Shown: in pieces, positions 13,004-25,296 of the stretch
How positions within the stretch are numbered: the stretch's first letter is position 1
How the letters are laid out: the number at the start of each line of letters is the position of its first letter
NCBI GenBank assembly: GCA_965153285.1
Contig: OZ229114.1
DNA length: 64,000 nt
Direction: 5' to 3' (one strand)
Origin: Podarcis tiliguerta
Taxonomy: Eukaryota
Position numbers and translations under genes: made by a program
The notes under the pieces: model-generated
Seen by the model: the letters and a program-made list of their open reading frames with translations, nothing else
What the model was told of the DNA's origin: nothing
Database searches by the model: none

Positions 13004-14007
13004 CAACAAACATATAAATGACACCTTGTGCTGCAAACCAATGTTCTACTATTTACACCTATAGGTTTCCACTCCAGATGCTATCTTGAGCAGGGGTCCC
13101 CAACTCTTCTGGGCTCAGGGGCACTTGATCTACAAGAGGAAGTGGGTTCTGGGCCATGACAGCTTTTGCTACAGTTACTTTGTTAACCTCTGAGGTTCCA
13201 CAGGACTCCGGTGGAGAGTGCCCCCCCCAAACTCCTTTTATTTTTATCTCTTCTTCTGAAAATGCTACTGCCTTGTGGATGCTGGAGAAGCCTCGCAAAT
13301 TGGTGTTCAGTGAGGTGGTCACCTGCCACTTAATTTGGCTGGAAGTGGTTTCCTCCTGCCACAGTCCATTTCCCTGACAGGGAAAAAGCAGCACTAAACA
13401 ATGGCTGCACCCTCTCCTCTTTCTCTTCTTCCCCATATCCAGTGTGAAGACAAGGGGAGGCAGGGAGTGAGGATAGCATCTACAGCAGAGCATTATACTT
13501 TCATGGCACAACATGACTTTGGCAGCCACTCTGTGTGACTTTTTAGAAGCAGGGAGGAGTGCATGTAGCTGTCATAGTGGTTCGCTGTGCTTCCTTTGCT
13601 GGGAGCCACACCACAGTGCTGGAACAGCTCCTTCCATGCGTCTCTTGCCCTTCAATGTTAGAAGACAGGACCAGAAGCACAGCTACTGTAGCGCTGTGCT
13701 GTTTTTCCATGGTGTGGGAAAGACAGGGCTGTGCAGTGGCAATAAGGGGGATGTGGCAGGTGTCAGTTTTTGTCACCCAGCTCTTCAGCCAATGATATTT
13801 GCTCTCTTATCTTCAGCTTTGAGTTTTGTTTGATGGTGGCATTTTATATTCGGAACATCTCTGTCTGGAGGAGCTGAGTCAGGGCTGGTGTGGTAGTGGC
13901 GTGGATGCCTAAGGGGCTGTAGTAGTCACAATGAAATCACGTATGTCTCATTCTTGTCTCTCGTCTGCTCCTGGCTGAGTGATCTTCTTTCATTTTCCCT
14001 CCCCCAG

Positions 14008-14110
14008 GCTGTTCCTCTAAGTCATTCAAGCTGTACTCTCCAAAGGAGCCCCCAAACGGCAACGCCTTCCCCCCCTTTCACCCGGGCACTATGCTGGATC
14101 GAGATGTGGG
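14008..14110 (+). CDS. LDB1: LDB1 coding exon (GCSSKSFKLYSPKEPPNGNAFPPFHPGTMLDRDVG)
   Basis: ttttccctcccccag acceptor, gtaagt donor, 103 nt; internal ATG at 14091. Confidence 0.96.
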
Positions 14111-14346
14111 GTAAGTGAGAGGCTCTTTTAAAGATGTTTTTCCTTCCTTTTGATAGCTGAGGAGGTCACCTAAATTTGTTTCTGGAGAAACACCCCTGGA
14201 GTTCAGGGGAGCTCAGTTCCTGCGTATCATCAGCAGGGTCCACTATTGATTAGAAGGAGGGAATCCCAGAGACATTAATTGTTCAGAGAGACAGAGTTCA
14301 GAGAGCAGGTGGTTGGTTACCTTTGAGAGTAGCTACTGTATGCTGA

Positions 14347-14685
14347 GGGACGTGGGTGGCGCTGTGGGTTAAACCACAGAGCCAAGGACTTGCCGATCAG
14401 AAGGTCGGCAGTTCAAATCCCCGTGACGGGGTGAGCTCCCATTGCTCAGTCCCTTCTCCTGCCAACCTAGCAGTTCAAAGTGCAAGTAGATAAATAGGTA
14501 CCGCTCCGGCGGGAAGGTAAGCAGCGTTTCCGTGTGCTGCTCTGGTTCACCAGAAGCAGCTTAGTCATGCTGGCCACATGAAGCTGTACGCCGGCTCCCT
14601 CGGCCTATAAAGCGAGATGAGCACCGCAGCCCCAGAGTTGGCCACGGACTGGACCTAATGGTCAGGGGTCCCTTTACCTTTACCT
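14347..14685 (+). mobile_element. Sauria SINE (Squam1) in LDB1 intron
   Basis: Full head and (ACCTTT)n tail; 13-bp TSD tactgtatgctga (14334-14346 and 14686-14698). Confidence 0.93.
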
Positions 14686-14816
14686 TACTGTATGCTGATA
14701 GGAGCCATTACTTATTTTCTCATGGCACACCAGCCATTCTCTTCTGGCATACTGGTGTGCCCTTGCATACAGTGCTTTTTTGTTAATCTATCCTGTATTG
14801 GCTTATTTCTCTGCAG

Positions 14817-14861
14817 ACCAACTCCTATGTATCCGCCAACATACCTGGAGCCTGGGATTGG
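14817..14861 (+). CDS. LDB1: LDB1 coding exon (PTPMYPPTYLEPGIG)
   Basis: ctgcag acceptor, gtaaga donor, 45 nt. Confidence 0.96.
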
Positions 14862-16936
14862 GTAAGAGACTGCACTGCTTTTCCTTCTAACAAACTGTGT
14901 TAACAACAGGGTAAAGACAGATAAAACATTTTTCAAGTGTGGTGCAAGTGATTTCTGAGCAGATCACCCAACTGCCCCCTTGTTCACGAGGGTATGAAGG
15001 CGGTTACTTTCACCTCACCTTGACAAGTACTTAGAGGTAAAGAAGGAAGTTGGAAGACTCTCTTTCCCACTTCCTCTTTCAGCTCTATGTACTTTTCAAG
15101 GCTTAGCTTAATTCTGTCGGATCTGACTGTTACCTAGATCCCTTAGAAAAGTGAAGGTTGTGTGCGTTCTCTCTTTCTCGGGGTGGGGCTGATGTGAGGG
15201 AGAAGGGAGAGAAGTGACCAGAGAGGGTCATACCCATAACACTAAAAAAACCCAAATGTGCCCATAGACCTAAAAAAAGCTTGGCAACCCATATAATCCA
15301 TATGCATGTTGGAACTGTACCATAGTATTACTGAACTCATATTCCGGAAGAAAAACAAAACTTGGTTTCCAAACCTTCTTATAATGACAGCTGTTATAAT
15401 CTCATGATACAGTCTAGCAAAGCTCTGTAGTTAAATGTTTCAAGAAACATTTGCAGCCCTTGGAGGCATTTGCTTTCATGGTAGCGGATCTGTGTTCAAA
15501 CCACTTAAAATATTAACATCTGTCCTCATCCAAACAGAACCTTAAATGAAGGGTGCATGCGGTGTGCATATTTATGCATTTTCAGATGTGTATGAAATTA
15601 CCCATTTTGACAAGAGTCAGAACTTCAGTGTGTAGGGAGAAAAGGGGGGAAGGGAAGTGGAATCAAGCTGAGAGGAGCGGCTGGGGTAACCCAGTCTGAT
15701 GGGTGGGATATAAGAAATAAATTAGCAGCAGCAACAGCAGCAGCGGAGTGACCTTTTCTCTGTTCCTACATTGTAAATCACTCTGAGGGTTTTTGCCTAC
15801 AATCAAACAGTATATAAATTTTATGAAATAAACGCACTCTCTCGTTTGAGGAAATCCCGTGAAATAGTCTCCCACATCAAGTATCATGCAGGTACTTTCT
15901 GACTAGGATTGGAACATTTGTAGAAGCAAATCCCATTGAATTCAATTGGGCTCACTCTTATAAAAGAGTCTCAAGTTCAATCCCTGGCATCACAAGATAG
16001 GACTGCACTTTTTCAAAATATTGCTTTTATTTTGTATAATCATGAGATACAAATACCCTTTCCCCTCCCACAGCAATAAGCATGCAGCATGTTCTTACTC
16101 CTATTGTTTATTTTGCTCCATAACCATTGCTGCTGGTGTCTATTTTGTTTCATAATCATGGAATGATTAGTAGATGAATCTCTGGACTATGAAAGACTTT
16201 CACCTGAAAACCTAACGAGAACCCTTGCTAAGTCAGTGCAAACAGCAATGAGTAAATGAATCAGTGGTTGGACCCTGTGTAAGGTAGCTTCCTGTGTTCC
16301 TATTTTAATTGACTAAAAAACGACCCGCAATAAATCAGACGATAGTTTTTTTATTTTAAAAAAACCCCAAATATTTTTAATATGAGTAGCTATATAAAGT
16401 TCTATGGTGGCAATTACCATCTACAGAGACATTATCCTACAGTTTTCATCAGCAGCACCTGGTGGTGTGGTGATTTTGCATCCCTGATCTTAATGGCTGC
16501 TGTTAGTTTAAAAAGGAGGACTCCAGGCATGCAAATATGTGGTTAATGTCACATCTAATTGTATCATGAGAACAGTAAATTTAGCGTGTGCCCTCCAGCT
16601 TACCTCTGGAAAGGCCTTTTATTTATTTAACAATGGAATTGTTATTTGACAAGATTACTATACTGCTTGATTGTAAGAAAACCTTCTAAAAGTTTGCAAA
16701 AATATGGTCCAGTGATTGGAGAGTTGGACACAGATGTGGAGAAACCTGAATTTGCATCCCTGCTCAGCCATTAACTTGGTGGATGGCACTTGGGGTGTGG
16801 GGAGGCATTTTTCTGTCTGTGAAATGTGAACAGCAAAGCAAGTAATTCATTCTGCATCATTGTAACACCCCAGACAAATTATTCTATCTTATTAGATTGA
16901 AATATTAATTGTTCAATTGCTGTGGTTGATTGACAG

Positions 16937-17012
16937 GAGGCACACACCATATGGCAACCAGACTGACTACAGGATATTTGAGCTCAATAAGCGGCTGCAA
17001 AACTGGACAGAG
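16937..17012 (+). CDS. LDB1: LDB1 coding exon (RHTPYGNQTDYRIFELNKRLQNWTE)
   Basis: tgacag acceptor, gtatat donor, 76 nt. Confidence 0.97.
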
Positions 17013-17246
17013 GTATATTTTATATGGGAGTTCAGGGTGGTTGACTCAGGAGGAAGAGTGGGGAAACTTGCGGATGGGGGTACTGTTACTCTTTCAGGGG
17101 ATGGACGAAGAGTCTGGGGTGTCCACCAAGCCCTTGGAAACACCCTTCCTGGGTTCCTTTGCTGCCTTTGGTGGTGGCTGGTTATCTCCTAGCCTTTGGA
17201 GATCTCCCCTCCCTGCATGTAATGCTTTTGTCCTCTGTTGCTGCAG

Positions 17247-17349
17247 GAATGTGACAATCTGTGGTGGGATGCCTTCACCACCGAGTTCTTTGAGGATGAT
17301 GCCATGCTAACAATCACCTTCTGTCTGGAAGATGGACCAAAGAGATACA
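17247..17349 (+). CDS. LDB1: LDB1 coding exon (ECDNLWWDAFTTEFFEDDAMLTITFCLEDGPKRY), dimerisation domain
   Basis: ctgcag acceptor, gtgagt donor, 103 nt. Confidence 0.97.
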
Positions 17350-18573
17350 GTGAGTCTCAGCCTAGGACGGATCCTGCAGGCAGACACCGTTGTCTCATGC
17401 AGGGAAAGGGCTGGAAACTGAGCAGGTTGCTTCAAAGCCTCTCCTGAGCTAACCTTGAAGGAGTAGTCCCCTGTTTTCAGGGTTGGCTGTGAGCTTAGCA
17501 TCTAGTACATAGCTGGTGTGGCTCAACCAGCCCCCCTTGCCTTCACACCCTGAAGAAGGAACTCCAGAAGAATCTACTACATAGCTCAGATACTGGTAAA
17601 GCTGATGACTAGGAACGGAGCCTATATCGTACTGCTTACTAGACTATAAAAACTGACCCTTCATTTTGCAACCACAGAACACTCCAGTTGCCTTCCAGCA
17701 GACATTTAGCACCTGCGATCTTGCTTAGGAGCTCATGGTGTGTACCTGTGATGGAGCAGGGCAAATTTTCAGAATTTTCAGCAATTTCTCTCTGTTCCTC
17801 CAGTATAAATACATTTTCCATGATTGAAAACAGATTTGTAGTGCTTCCTAGGCACAGACACATAAATTGGCTGAAAAGGTCGGTGCATTAAGAAGCGCAC
17901 TGGAAATGAAAATCTTCCTAGTCTTAAAAGTGCCAAGCAATTTTTAAAAAGCATTTTCATCCCTGTAGTTCCTCCAAGAATCTTCATTTCTCATGGAGGA
18001 ACTGAAAAATTTCAGGGCCAGAATGGTCTTGATTTATGCATTCATGTCAGCACTTGCATGTGTCTAAGGCACACCCACACACCTCCCTTTATACATTATA
18101 TTCTAGATAAGAGGCAAATTCTTTCAGGATGAAAATGTGTATCATTTCTTTTTAAAGCAATTTGGCACATCACCAGTCTCTCCTTGGGACAGAGGTTGGA
18201 ATGCTGTTGTCCAAGTAGGCTTTTGAAGCATAGCTTCCTAGAGACCCTGTTGATCACAGCAGGTCACAGCTCTGATCCCCACAATCGTCATGGGTGGGCC
18301 TTGGGCAACCCACCTATGAGTAAGCCCGAGGGGTTGGGAAACAAGGACAGTTTGCCCAGGACCCCCAAAACTGGAGCTTGGACTGCTCTACATATTCATT
18401 TGGATACTTCACCTGGTGCCTTACTATGGAAGACTTCGCTCGCTTGGTATTTCCACAGAGATGCTAATGATCCCCATCATAAAAATAAGTGCCTATTGCT
18501 CTAGCAGCCCTGAGTCTACAGTGCAAAACATTAGTAACTGATTTTCATCTCCCTTTCCTTCCCCTGCGTCTAG

Positions 18574-18746
18574 CGATTGGCCGCACCCTGATCCCCCGCT
18601 ATTTCCGCAGCATCTTCGAAGGGGGTGCTACCGAGCTGTATTATGTCCTGAAGCACCCGAAGGAGTCCTTCCACAACAACTTTGTCTCGCTTGACTGTGA
18701 CCAGTGCACCATGGTCACCCAGCATGGCAAGCCCATGTTCACCCAG
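18574..18746 (+). CDS. LDB1: LDB1 coding exon (TIGRTLIPRYFRSIFEGG...GKPMFTQ)
   Basis: gtctag acceptor, gtgaga donor, 173 nt; reads ESFHNN...DQCTMV where human, as I recall it, has EAFHSN...DQGSMV. Confidence 0.97.
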
Positions 18747-18972
18747 GTGAGAGGGCAGCACTGGTCCTCTGCCTTGCCCCCAAGCCAGGCTAGCAGGAGT
18801 CTGTGCTGAACTGCTCCCCAGAGTAGTTCAGCCTTTGTCACTGCTTATGACCTCCTGCAAAGAGCCCGAGGGTGGCGGAAGCAGGCAGAAACCTAGAGAC
18901 CAGGTTTGTTTGCAGGGTGGAGAAGGCTCACCTGAGCCTCCAATGCCATTTGTTTGCTTTCCACTTTCCCAG

Positions 18973-19095
18973 GTGTGTGTGGAGGGCCGCCTCTACCTGG
19001 AGTTCATGTTTGACGACATGATGAGGATAAAGACGTGGCACTTCAGTATCCGGCAGCACCGGGAGCTCATTCCCCGCAGCATCCTTGCTATGCAT
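18973..19095 (+). CDS. LDB1: LDB1 coding exon (VCVEGRLYLEFMFDDMMRIKTWHFSIRQHRELIPRSILAMH)
   Basis: ttcccag acceptor, gtgagt donor, 123 nt. Confidence 0.97.
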
Positions 19096-19591
19096 GTGAG
19101 TCCTGTGTTTGGTACTGGCTGTGGGCTTGACCTGGTTTAAGCAACTCAGCCGGACTCCCTTTGAAATCAGGAGCATTTTGTAGTTGGAGCTTGCTTTGTT
19201 TTGCTGAGCCCTCCCCACCCCCCAAAAAAGCACTGTTGCTTCTTGGATCTTTGCCAGCTCAGCTCCTCTGCACCCAGGCCAGCACCTGTCACCAGAGGGA
19301 AGAAGCGGGTGCACAATTCTCAATTCCTAAATTGTTGATCTTGGACTGGATGCCATACATGAGGCTTTTATCCAGCTTTTCATATCTGCATTTCATGGGT
19401 TTGTTTTTATTACATTTCATTAGCACTCTTTTTCTACTGAAAAGAATCATAAAGTGGCTTTGGAGAGAAATAATACAAAATGCAATGAAAACTAAGCCCA
19501 AGAAATATTGACGATCACATTAAGTGCAACAATAGTACAAAGAAGCCTCCTATTCTTGTTGGACTCTTCCTTTTCTCCTTGCTCACTGCAG

Positions 19592-19675
19592 GCGCAAGAT
19601 CCCCAGATGCTGGACCAGTTGTCCAAGAACATCACTCGATGCGGACTGTCCAACTCCACGCTCAACTACCTCCGA
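19592..19675 (+). CDS. LDB1: LDB1 coding exon (AQDPQMLDQLSKNITRCGLSNSTLNYLR)
   Basis: ctgcag acceptor, gtaagt donor, 84 nt. Confidence 0.97.
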
Positions 19676-20309
19676 GTAAGTGCTTTCCCACAGCGCTGGT
19701 TAGGCTGCGGAAAAAGCTCCCTTGCATCCTTCCCTTTTACTTTTCATAAAGAAACATAAAGCTTACCTTTCAAATGCGGCACCTGGGGACAAATGCCTCT
19801 GTATTTTTTGCTCTACTTTACGATTTATTTGAACAGAGCAGATCGTTTTACTGCGTGCATATTGTGGCTGCAAGGAGGACTGGAGGCCAGGAAGTTATTG
19901 CTAGAAACTAGTTCCGTGCAAGGAAAGAGTAAAGGAAAATGCATATTGAAGGTTTAAACAGAGGAACATGAATTTCCATAAATATATTTATGTATGAAAA
20001 TCAGCTTGTGGCATTGGCTTCTGCGAATGCTCCATAGCTGTTGGGGGCAAAGATGCCTTCATATTGGGCTATGCCCATGTGCACAGAAAAGCCTCTGCAT
20101 TCTGTGTGTAGCTTGAGATGCATGGCTTGGAGGTGTGTCCCTGTGGATGCTCCACTAGCAAAGAAAAGGGGCAAGGCTGAAGCTGGGAATGTACTTTATT
20201 CTGAGACCAGAGACTAGAAGATGGTTCAGGTTGCCAGGGTGCTCCTTTTCCATCTTGCCCAAGACACAGACACAGAGCTGCATTTGGCTCGAGGGGGTTC
20301 CTAGCCTCT

Positions 20310-21075
20310 TTTTTATATATATATATTTTTTTTGCATATTATAAAATTATTTCAATTCTTATATTATCTATCTACCATGTTAGCAATCACTAAATTTGTG
20401 TATGTTTATTCAAAACCTGCCAAGGAGTCCCAATTCATTTTGTTGTCTTTTTAAATACCATATTTTTTGCTCTATAAGACTCACCTTTCCCCCCCTAAAA
20501 AGTAAGGGGAAATGTGTGGGCGTCTTATGGAGCGAATGCAGGCTGCGCAGCTATCCCAGAAGCCAGAATAGCAAGAGGGATTGCTGCTTTCACTGCACAG
20601 CGATCTCTCTTGCAGTTCTGGCTTCTGAGATTCAGAATATTTTTTTTCTTGTTTTCCTCCTCCAAAAACTAGGTGCGTCTTGTGGTCTGGTGCGTCTTAT
20701 AGAGCGAAAAATACGGTGCTTTGTAAAAAGTTCCCATTCTTCTTTGAAGTCACAGTTGTCCTTATCTCGCAGTTTGTATGTCAGTTTAGCCAGTTCTGCA
20801 TAGTTCATCAATTTCTCTTGCCACTGTTCTTTTGTCGGGGTTTCCTCATTCTTCCATCCTTGTGCTATCAAGACTCTTGCTGCTGCTGTTGCATACATGA
20901 ATAAGTTCTTTGTTTTCCTTGGAAGGTCTTGTCCTACAATCCCTAGCAAAAATGCTTCTGGGTTTTTATACAAATGTCATTTTAAACATTTTCTTCAATT
21001 CATTATATATCATTTCCCAATTTTTTAAAATTTCGCTACATTCCCGCCACATATGATAAAAGGTCCCTTCCTTTT
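20310..21075 (-). mobile_element. L1 LINE 3' fragment (ORF2 C-terminus and 3' UTR)
   Basis: Minus-strand KEGTFYHMW.EC...NPEAFLLG...AARVLIAQGWK..P..W..K..AELAKLT; split by a MITE. Confidence 0.85.
20458..20716. mobile_element. Tc2/pogo-like MITE nested in the L1 fragment
   Basis: TIR cc(a/g)tatttt..gctctataaga; reverse complement of 53570-53828. Confidence 0.9.
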
Positions 21076-21157
21076 CTAAGGGGTTTCTGGCCTCTTAATA
21101 GGGGCCTGCTCTCTGCAGCAAAACCCAACCTAACCTCTCTTTTTTCCCTCTTTACAG

Positions 21158-21281
21158 CTTTGCGTAATCTTAGAACCAATGCAGGAGTTGATGTCACGGC
21201 ACAAGACCTACAGCCTCAGTCCCCGGGACTGCCTCAAGACATGCCTCTTCCAAAAGTGGCAACGGATGGTGGCGCCACCTG
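21158..21281 (+). CDS. LDB1: LDB1 coding exon (LCVILEPMQELMSRHKTYSLSPRDCLKTCLFQKWQRMVAPP), LCCD region
   Basis: tttacag acceptor, gtgaga donor, 124 nt. Confidence 0.97.
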
Positions 21282-21327
21282 GTGAGAGTTTTGCAGGGCC
21301 ACCCTCGGTACTACAGCTTCCTGGATG

Positions 21328-21485
21328 CATTTCCTGTGAAGCCCACTAGAGGGAGGTATAGGAATTGCCCTTCTCCGGTCAGCAACTGCTAGTTGGGACT
21401 ACTGACATTTCCTGTGAAACCCACCAGAGGGTGCTATGGGCATTGCCCTTCTCTGGGATGCAATTGCTAGTAGGGAATGCTGACA
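21328..21485. repeat. Diverged 78-bp tandem duplication in LDB1 intron
   Basis: catttcctgtgaa...attgcccttctc...tgctagt.ggga..ctgaca repeated at 21328 and 21406. Confidence 0.8.
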
Positions 21486-21758
21486 GTGCTTGGTGCCAGA
21501 ACTCTTGGCTTCTACTCCTGGCTCTGTTGCTAACAATGTGGGATGGGTGAATGAGATCTGGGGGGTTGATGATGTTCGAAGAGGTTACAGGCAAATGTAA
21601 CCAGTGAATCAGGCTTTGGGGGAAGCCTAGCAAATATACAATAGCGAGTTGGGTTGGGAGGTTATTTTTAGTTACAGCTTGATTATAGTGGGGAATATTG
21701 GATTCATTTGCTGGGACCAAGATATCTCACTGGCGTTCCCTTTGCTAACACTTTCCAG

Positions 21759-21907
21759 CTGAGCCTGCACGTCAGCAGCCCAGCAAGCGCCGGAAAAGGA
21801 AGATGTCAGGGGGCAGCACCATGAGTTCTGGAGGTGGCAACACCAACAACAGCAACAGCAAGAAGAAGAGCCCAGCCAGCACCTTTGCCCTCTCCAGTCA
21901 GGTACCT
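21759..21907 (+). CDS. LDB1: LDB1 coding exon with NLS (AEPARQQPSKRRKRKMSGG...FALSSQVP)
   Basis: ttccag acceptor, gtaagc donor at 21908, alternative donor at 21902; 149 nt. Confidence 0.96.
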
Positions 21908-22850
21908 GTAAGCATCCCCTTTTCATTCTCTCTTTTTGTAACCTGAGAACTCCTCCTACGAGGGGCCCTGCTCCATGTAGCTGGAACACCCTCCGAAACG
22001 CTGGAGAAGGCTCTGTGCGGTATATCTGCAGGGGGGGGGATAGAGAGCTTCGTTTGTTCAAAACGGTGGCAGCAGCCATCTTGAAAATGGCAGCACTGAC
22101 CTGAATAGGTGGAGATTGGGGAAAGGGCTGGAAGCCATCACTTGCTGTATTCAGTTTGAGGTAGTGTCTGAAAGGGGCTAGGGGTGGTCATATATGAGAC
22201 TATTTACTGTTTAAAGCCTGAAGCAACTTGAAAGGCTTAAATATTTCACTGGTACCTGGTTACACGCCTGTTATAAAGTGGTGGCAGTTTGCTTCCTTGT
22301 TCTACACTAGATCAGACTCCTTTATTGCTTTTCACCTCCACAACCTGGCTTAGAGCACTGATAATCATTCTTACTACTAGCTTTTTGAAATAAAATTCTG
22401 TTGTGGAAAAAGAAAAAGAAAGAAAATGGCAGCACTGTTTGGGCGCCTGTTGGTGCCAGCACCACATCAGGAAGAGGATTCCTTCTGTAATTCTTCATGT
22501 TTGACATCCCGCCCCCCTCAGCTCTATGCCACCTACATTCAGGCATAGTCGGAGGGAGAGCTTCCTCCTCATGAGGGAACAGTAGATCCAGAGGCATTTG
22601 ACCTCCCAGACGTGTTAAGTGGCTGTCAGCTCCTAAACACACAGTGGAAATGGAGTAGCCACAGTTGTAGGAATGTTGGTGGGTGGGAGGTTCAGCTTGA
22701 TAAAAGAAGTAGAGAGCAAATGAAGCCAAGGGGTGTGGGTCTCCTATTCAGAAGGGAATGTTTTGATTTGGCGGTGGCTGGCTCCCCCTGTGGTGTGGGT
22801 CAGGGCAGCCTCCACCTCGATTATGTTTCGGGACCCTCTTCCCTCCTCAG

Positions 22851-23081
22851 GATGTGATGGTGGTGGGCGAGCCGACCCTGATGGGCGGGGAGTTTGGTGA
22901 CGAGGACGAGCGCCTGATCACGCGGCTGGAGAACACGCAGTTCGACGCTGCCAACGGCATTGACGACGAGGACAGCTTCAACAACTCTCCCGCGCTGGGC
23001 GCCAACAGCCCCTGGAACAGCAAGCCCCCCTCCAGTCAGGAGAGCAAGTCCGAGAACCCGACGTCGCAAGCATCGCAGTAA
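22851..23081 (+). CDS. LDB1: LDB1 last coding exon, LIM-interaction domain (DVMVVGEPTLMGGEFGDEDERLITRLEN...TSQASQ*)
   Basis: ccctcctcag acceptor, TAA stop ending 23081. Confidence 0.98.
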   Translation, partial: DVMVVGEPTLMGGEFGDEDERLITRLENTQFDAANGIDDEDSFNNSPALGANSPWNSKPPSSQESKSENPTSQASQ

Positions 23082-25290
23082 AGCCCTCACCCCCAGCCTG
23101 GCCTTCCACGGACTTGGCTGGCGTCCCCATGGACTGAGTCGAAACCGTTCTACCTGGACAATTTGTGAAGAAGAGTAGCCGGCTGGCTGGCCGGCAAGGT
23201 ATCAGGGCCAGTGGGCCTTGCAGCACCAGCCTGCCCACCTACCTGCCTCCAGTTGGCCCGGCCACCACTCCCTGATGTCTGCACTCTTGGCTGTGCCCTT
23301 TAGGGCAGACTTGGGGCGCTGGGCCTGACGGAGCCTGGGTCTCACGCTAGGCCTGGCAGAATTTTAACTCCTCCTCCCTTCCCACCCACGCATCCAGAGC
23401 TCCGGACAACACAGGCGGCACTCCTGCAGGATGGCGTTCCGTGCTCTTTATACGCCCCGTTGGAACCTGACTGGCACGAAACACCTCAGGAAGGGAAGGG
23501 GCCACGAATGCTCTTGGCCATTTGGCAGAATGTCCAGCCCTAAGCACGTTTTATATAGAAGTCCAGCTCCATATTTGGCCTCAGGGGGGCTCCCTTCTAA
23601 CAGGAGGGTCTGGCAATGTCATGGGGGCAGCTATGATTTCTGTGGGGTGGGTCTCAAGCAGTCCCTCCTGGCGGCTGTAGGTGCGGCAGTGGGGCCACTG
23701 CTGCCCCGCCTGAAGACAAGGGGAGTTTAATGCCTCCTGGAGTGGGGTTAGAAAGCAACCCTGCAGTTGGCATGGTGAGGGCACCTGCCCCTTTGGGTCA
23801 GGCCTGCTCCTACAGAAAACTGCAATCTTGACCCCTCCCCTGTACTTTGGGTTTGGTTTTTTGTTTTTTTACAGAAAAAATATTATTAAAATTGTACGTT
23901 TAAAAAAAATATCTGCCCTTCCTCCCTATTTCCCCCCAGTCCTGATTTTTGTACAGGCTTGTCTACCAATTGGGAGTCTTGGTTTTTATATACAGTTCTG
24001 AGAGCTTCAAACCAAGGAGAGACTTTGCAGACTTCCTTTCTACATCCTTTGAGGACAGCATGGCTGCCCCACTTTGCCCCCTCTGTGTAACTTGTGTGTG
24101 CTGCTGTCCTTGCTCCCTCCCTTCTCTACCACCTCCCCCCCCCCTTTCGGGTTTGTGTACCTTGTGCTTGTATATTTCCGCGCTGTAGGCTGTGTGTATG
24201 ATACTGTTCTTTCACTGTGTTCTCACTAATGCAGCCGCCCCCACCAGTGGTTGGGGGAGTTCATTGTGATGGGCGTCCTTTGTGGGAGGCAGGAGAGTTC
24301 AGAGGGTACTGTCACCAGTTTACAGCAGTGCAGAACATGGGGAATGGGGGTGAACGCAGCCTGGAGATGGGGTAACACGTGCTTTGTAAAGAAGGGTGGC
24401 CATTTCCTCCATTGCGGAGTGAGGTTCTAGGTAACTTTTTTACAACCAGATCCATCCTTCCTGGTGGGGAGTGACAGGGCTCACAAAGGTCCCCAAGGAA
24501 AGAAGACCTGTTCCTAAACCCACCCAGTTCACTCTCTGGTGTTCGGATGTCACTCAGCATTTTCCACCTGCAATTCCTTACTCTTAATTTTGTCCTGAGA
24601 ACCATGGAGAGAAGTTGCGTTGTCATGGAGGCCTCAAACCAACCATCTGTCAAGCTTGGGTTGCCATGTGTGAGGTAGCCCCCAAAGTCTTTTGGTCACC
24701 TCATGGCATGGGCTGATTGTGAGGGTGGTGGCATTTAGAGGGCACAGTCTGGACTGTCATGGCGACCACCCTTTGCCTTACTTAGACTGTTTCTCTGAGC
24801 AGGTCCCAGACTGCGAGGGGGTTTTCCTAGGAGGATGGCTGCCGCCAGGCTTACCCTAGAGCTGCTGTTTCTGGCCATTGCTCTGTGGTAGATGCCACCT
24901 GGCTCATGCGCTGGAATCCCATGTTCTCCATTCCCCTGGAGGAGCCCAGATGGATCAACCTGGAACATGCTTGGGGTGTGGGGTGGGACTGGTCACTTTT
25001 TGTGTTACTGGGCCCAGATGCTCCATTCTGCTCTGTCCCCCGGGACTAGGCAATACAACAGTCAATACTATAATTTACAGGGCGTTTTTCTGTAACCTTT
25101 TTGTACCTAAATATATGAGTGTCACGTCCCCCATTGCTGTGCTCGGCATGAACTGGTGACGTGAACTCTGTCCCCTCTCCCCACCCTTCTTGCCCTTTCC
25201 ACCTACCACTTCCCCCCGGGGCACTGTAAAGCCTTTTTTTTTTTTTTTTTTTTTGCATAGTTTGTGCCATTTATGGTCATGTATGGTACC

Positions 25291-25296
25291 AATAAA
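25291..25296 (+). terminator. Likely LDB1 polyadenylation signal (AATAAA)
   Basis: AATAAA with an upstream U-tract and TGTA and downstream T/GT-rich sequence; a weaker ATTAAA lies at 23885-23890. Confidence 0.7.

Noticed and set aside
20632-20973. 113-aa minus-strand ORF that looks protein-like
   Set aside because: Chimera of an L1 ORF2 C-terminus and MITE sequence, not a host gene
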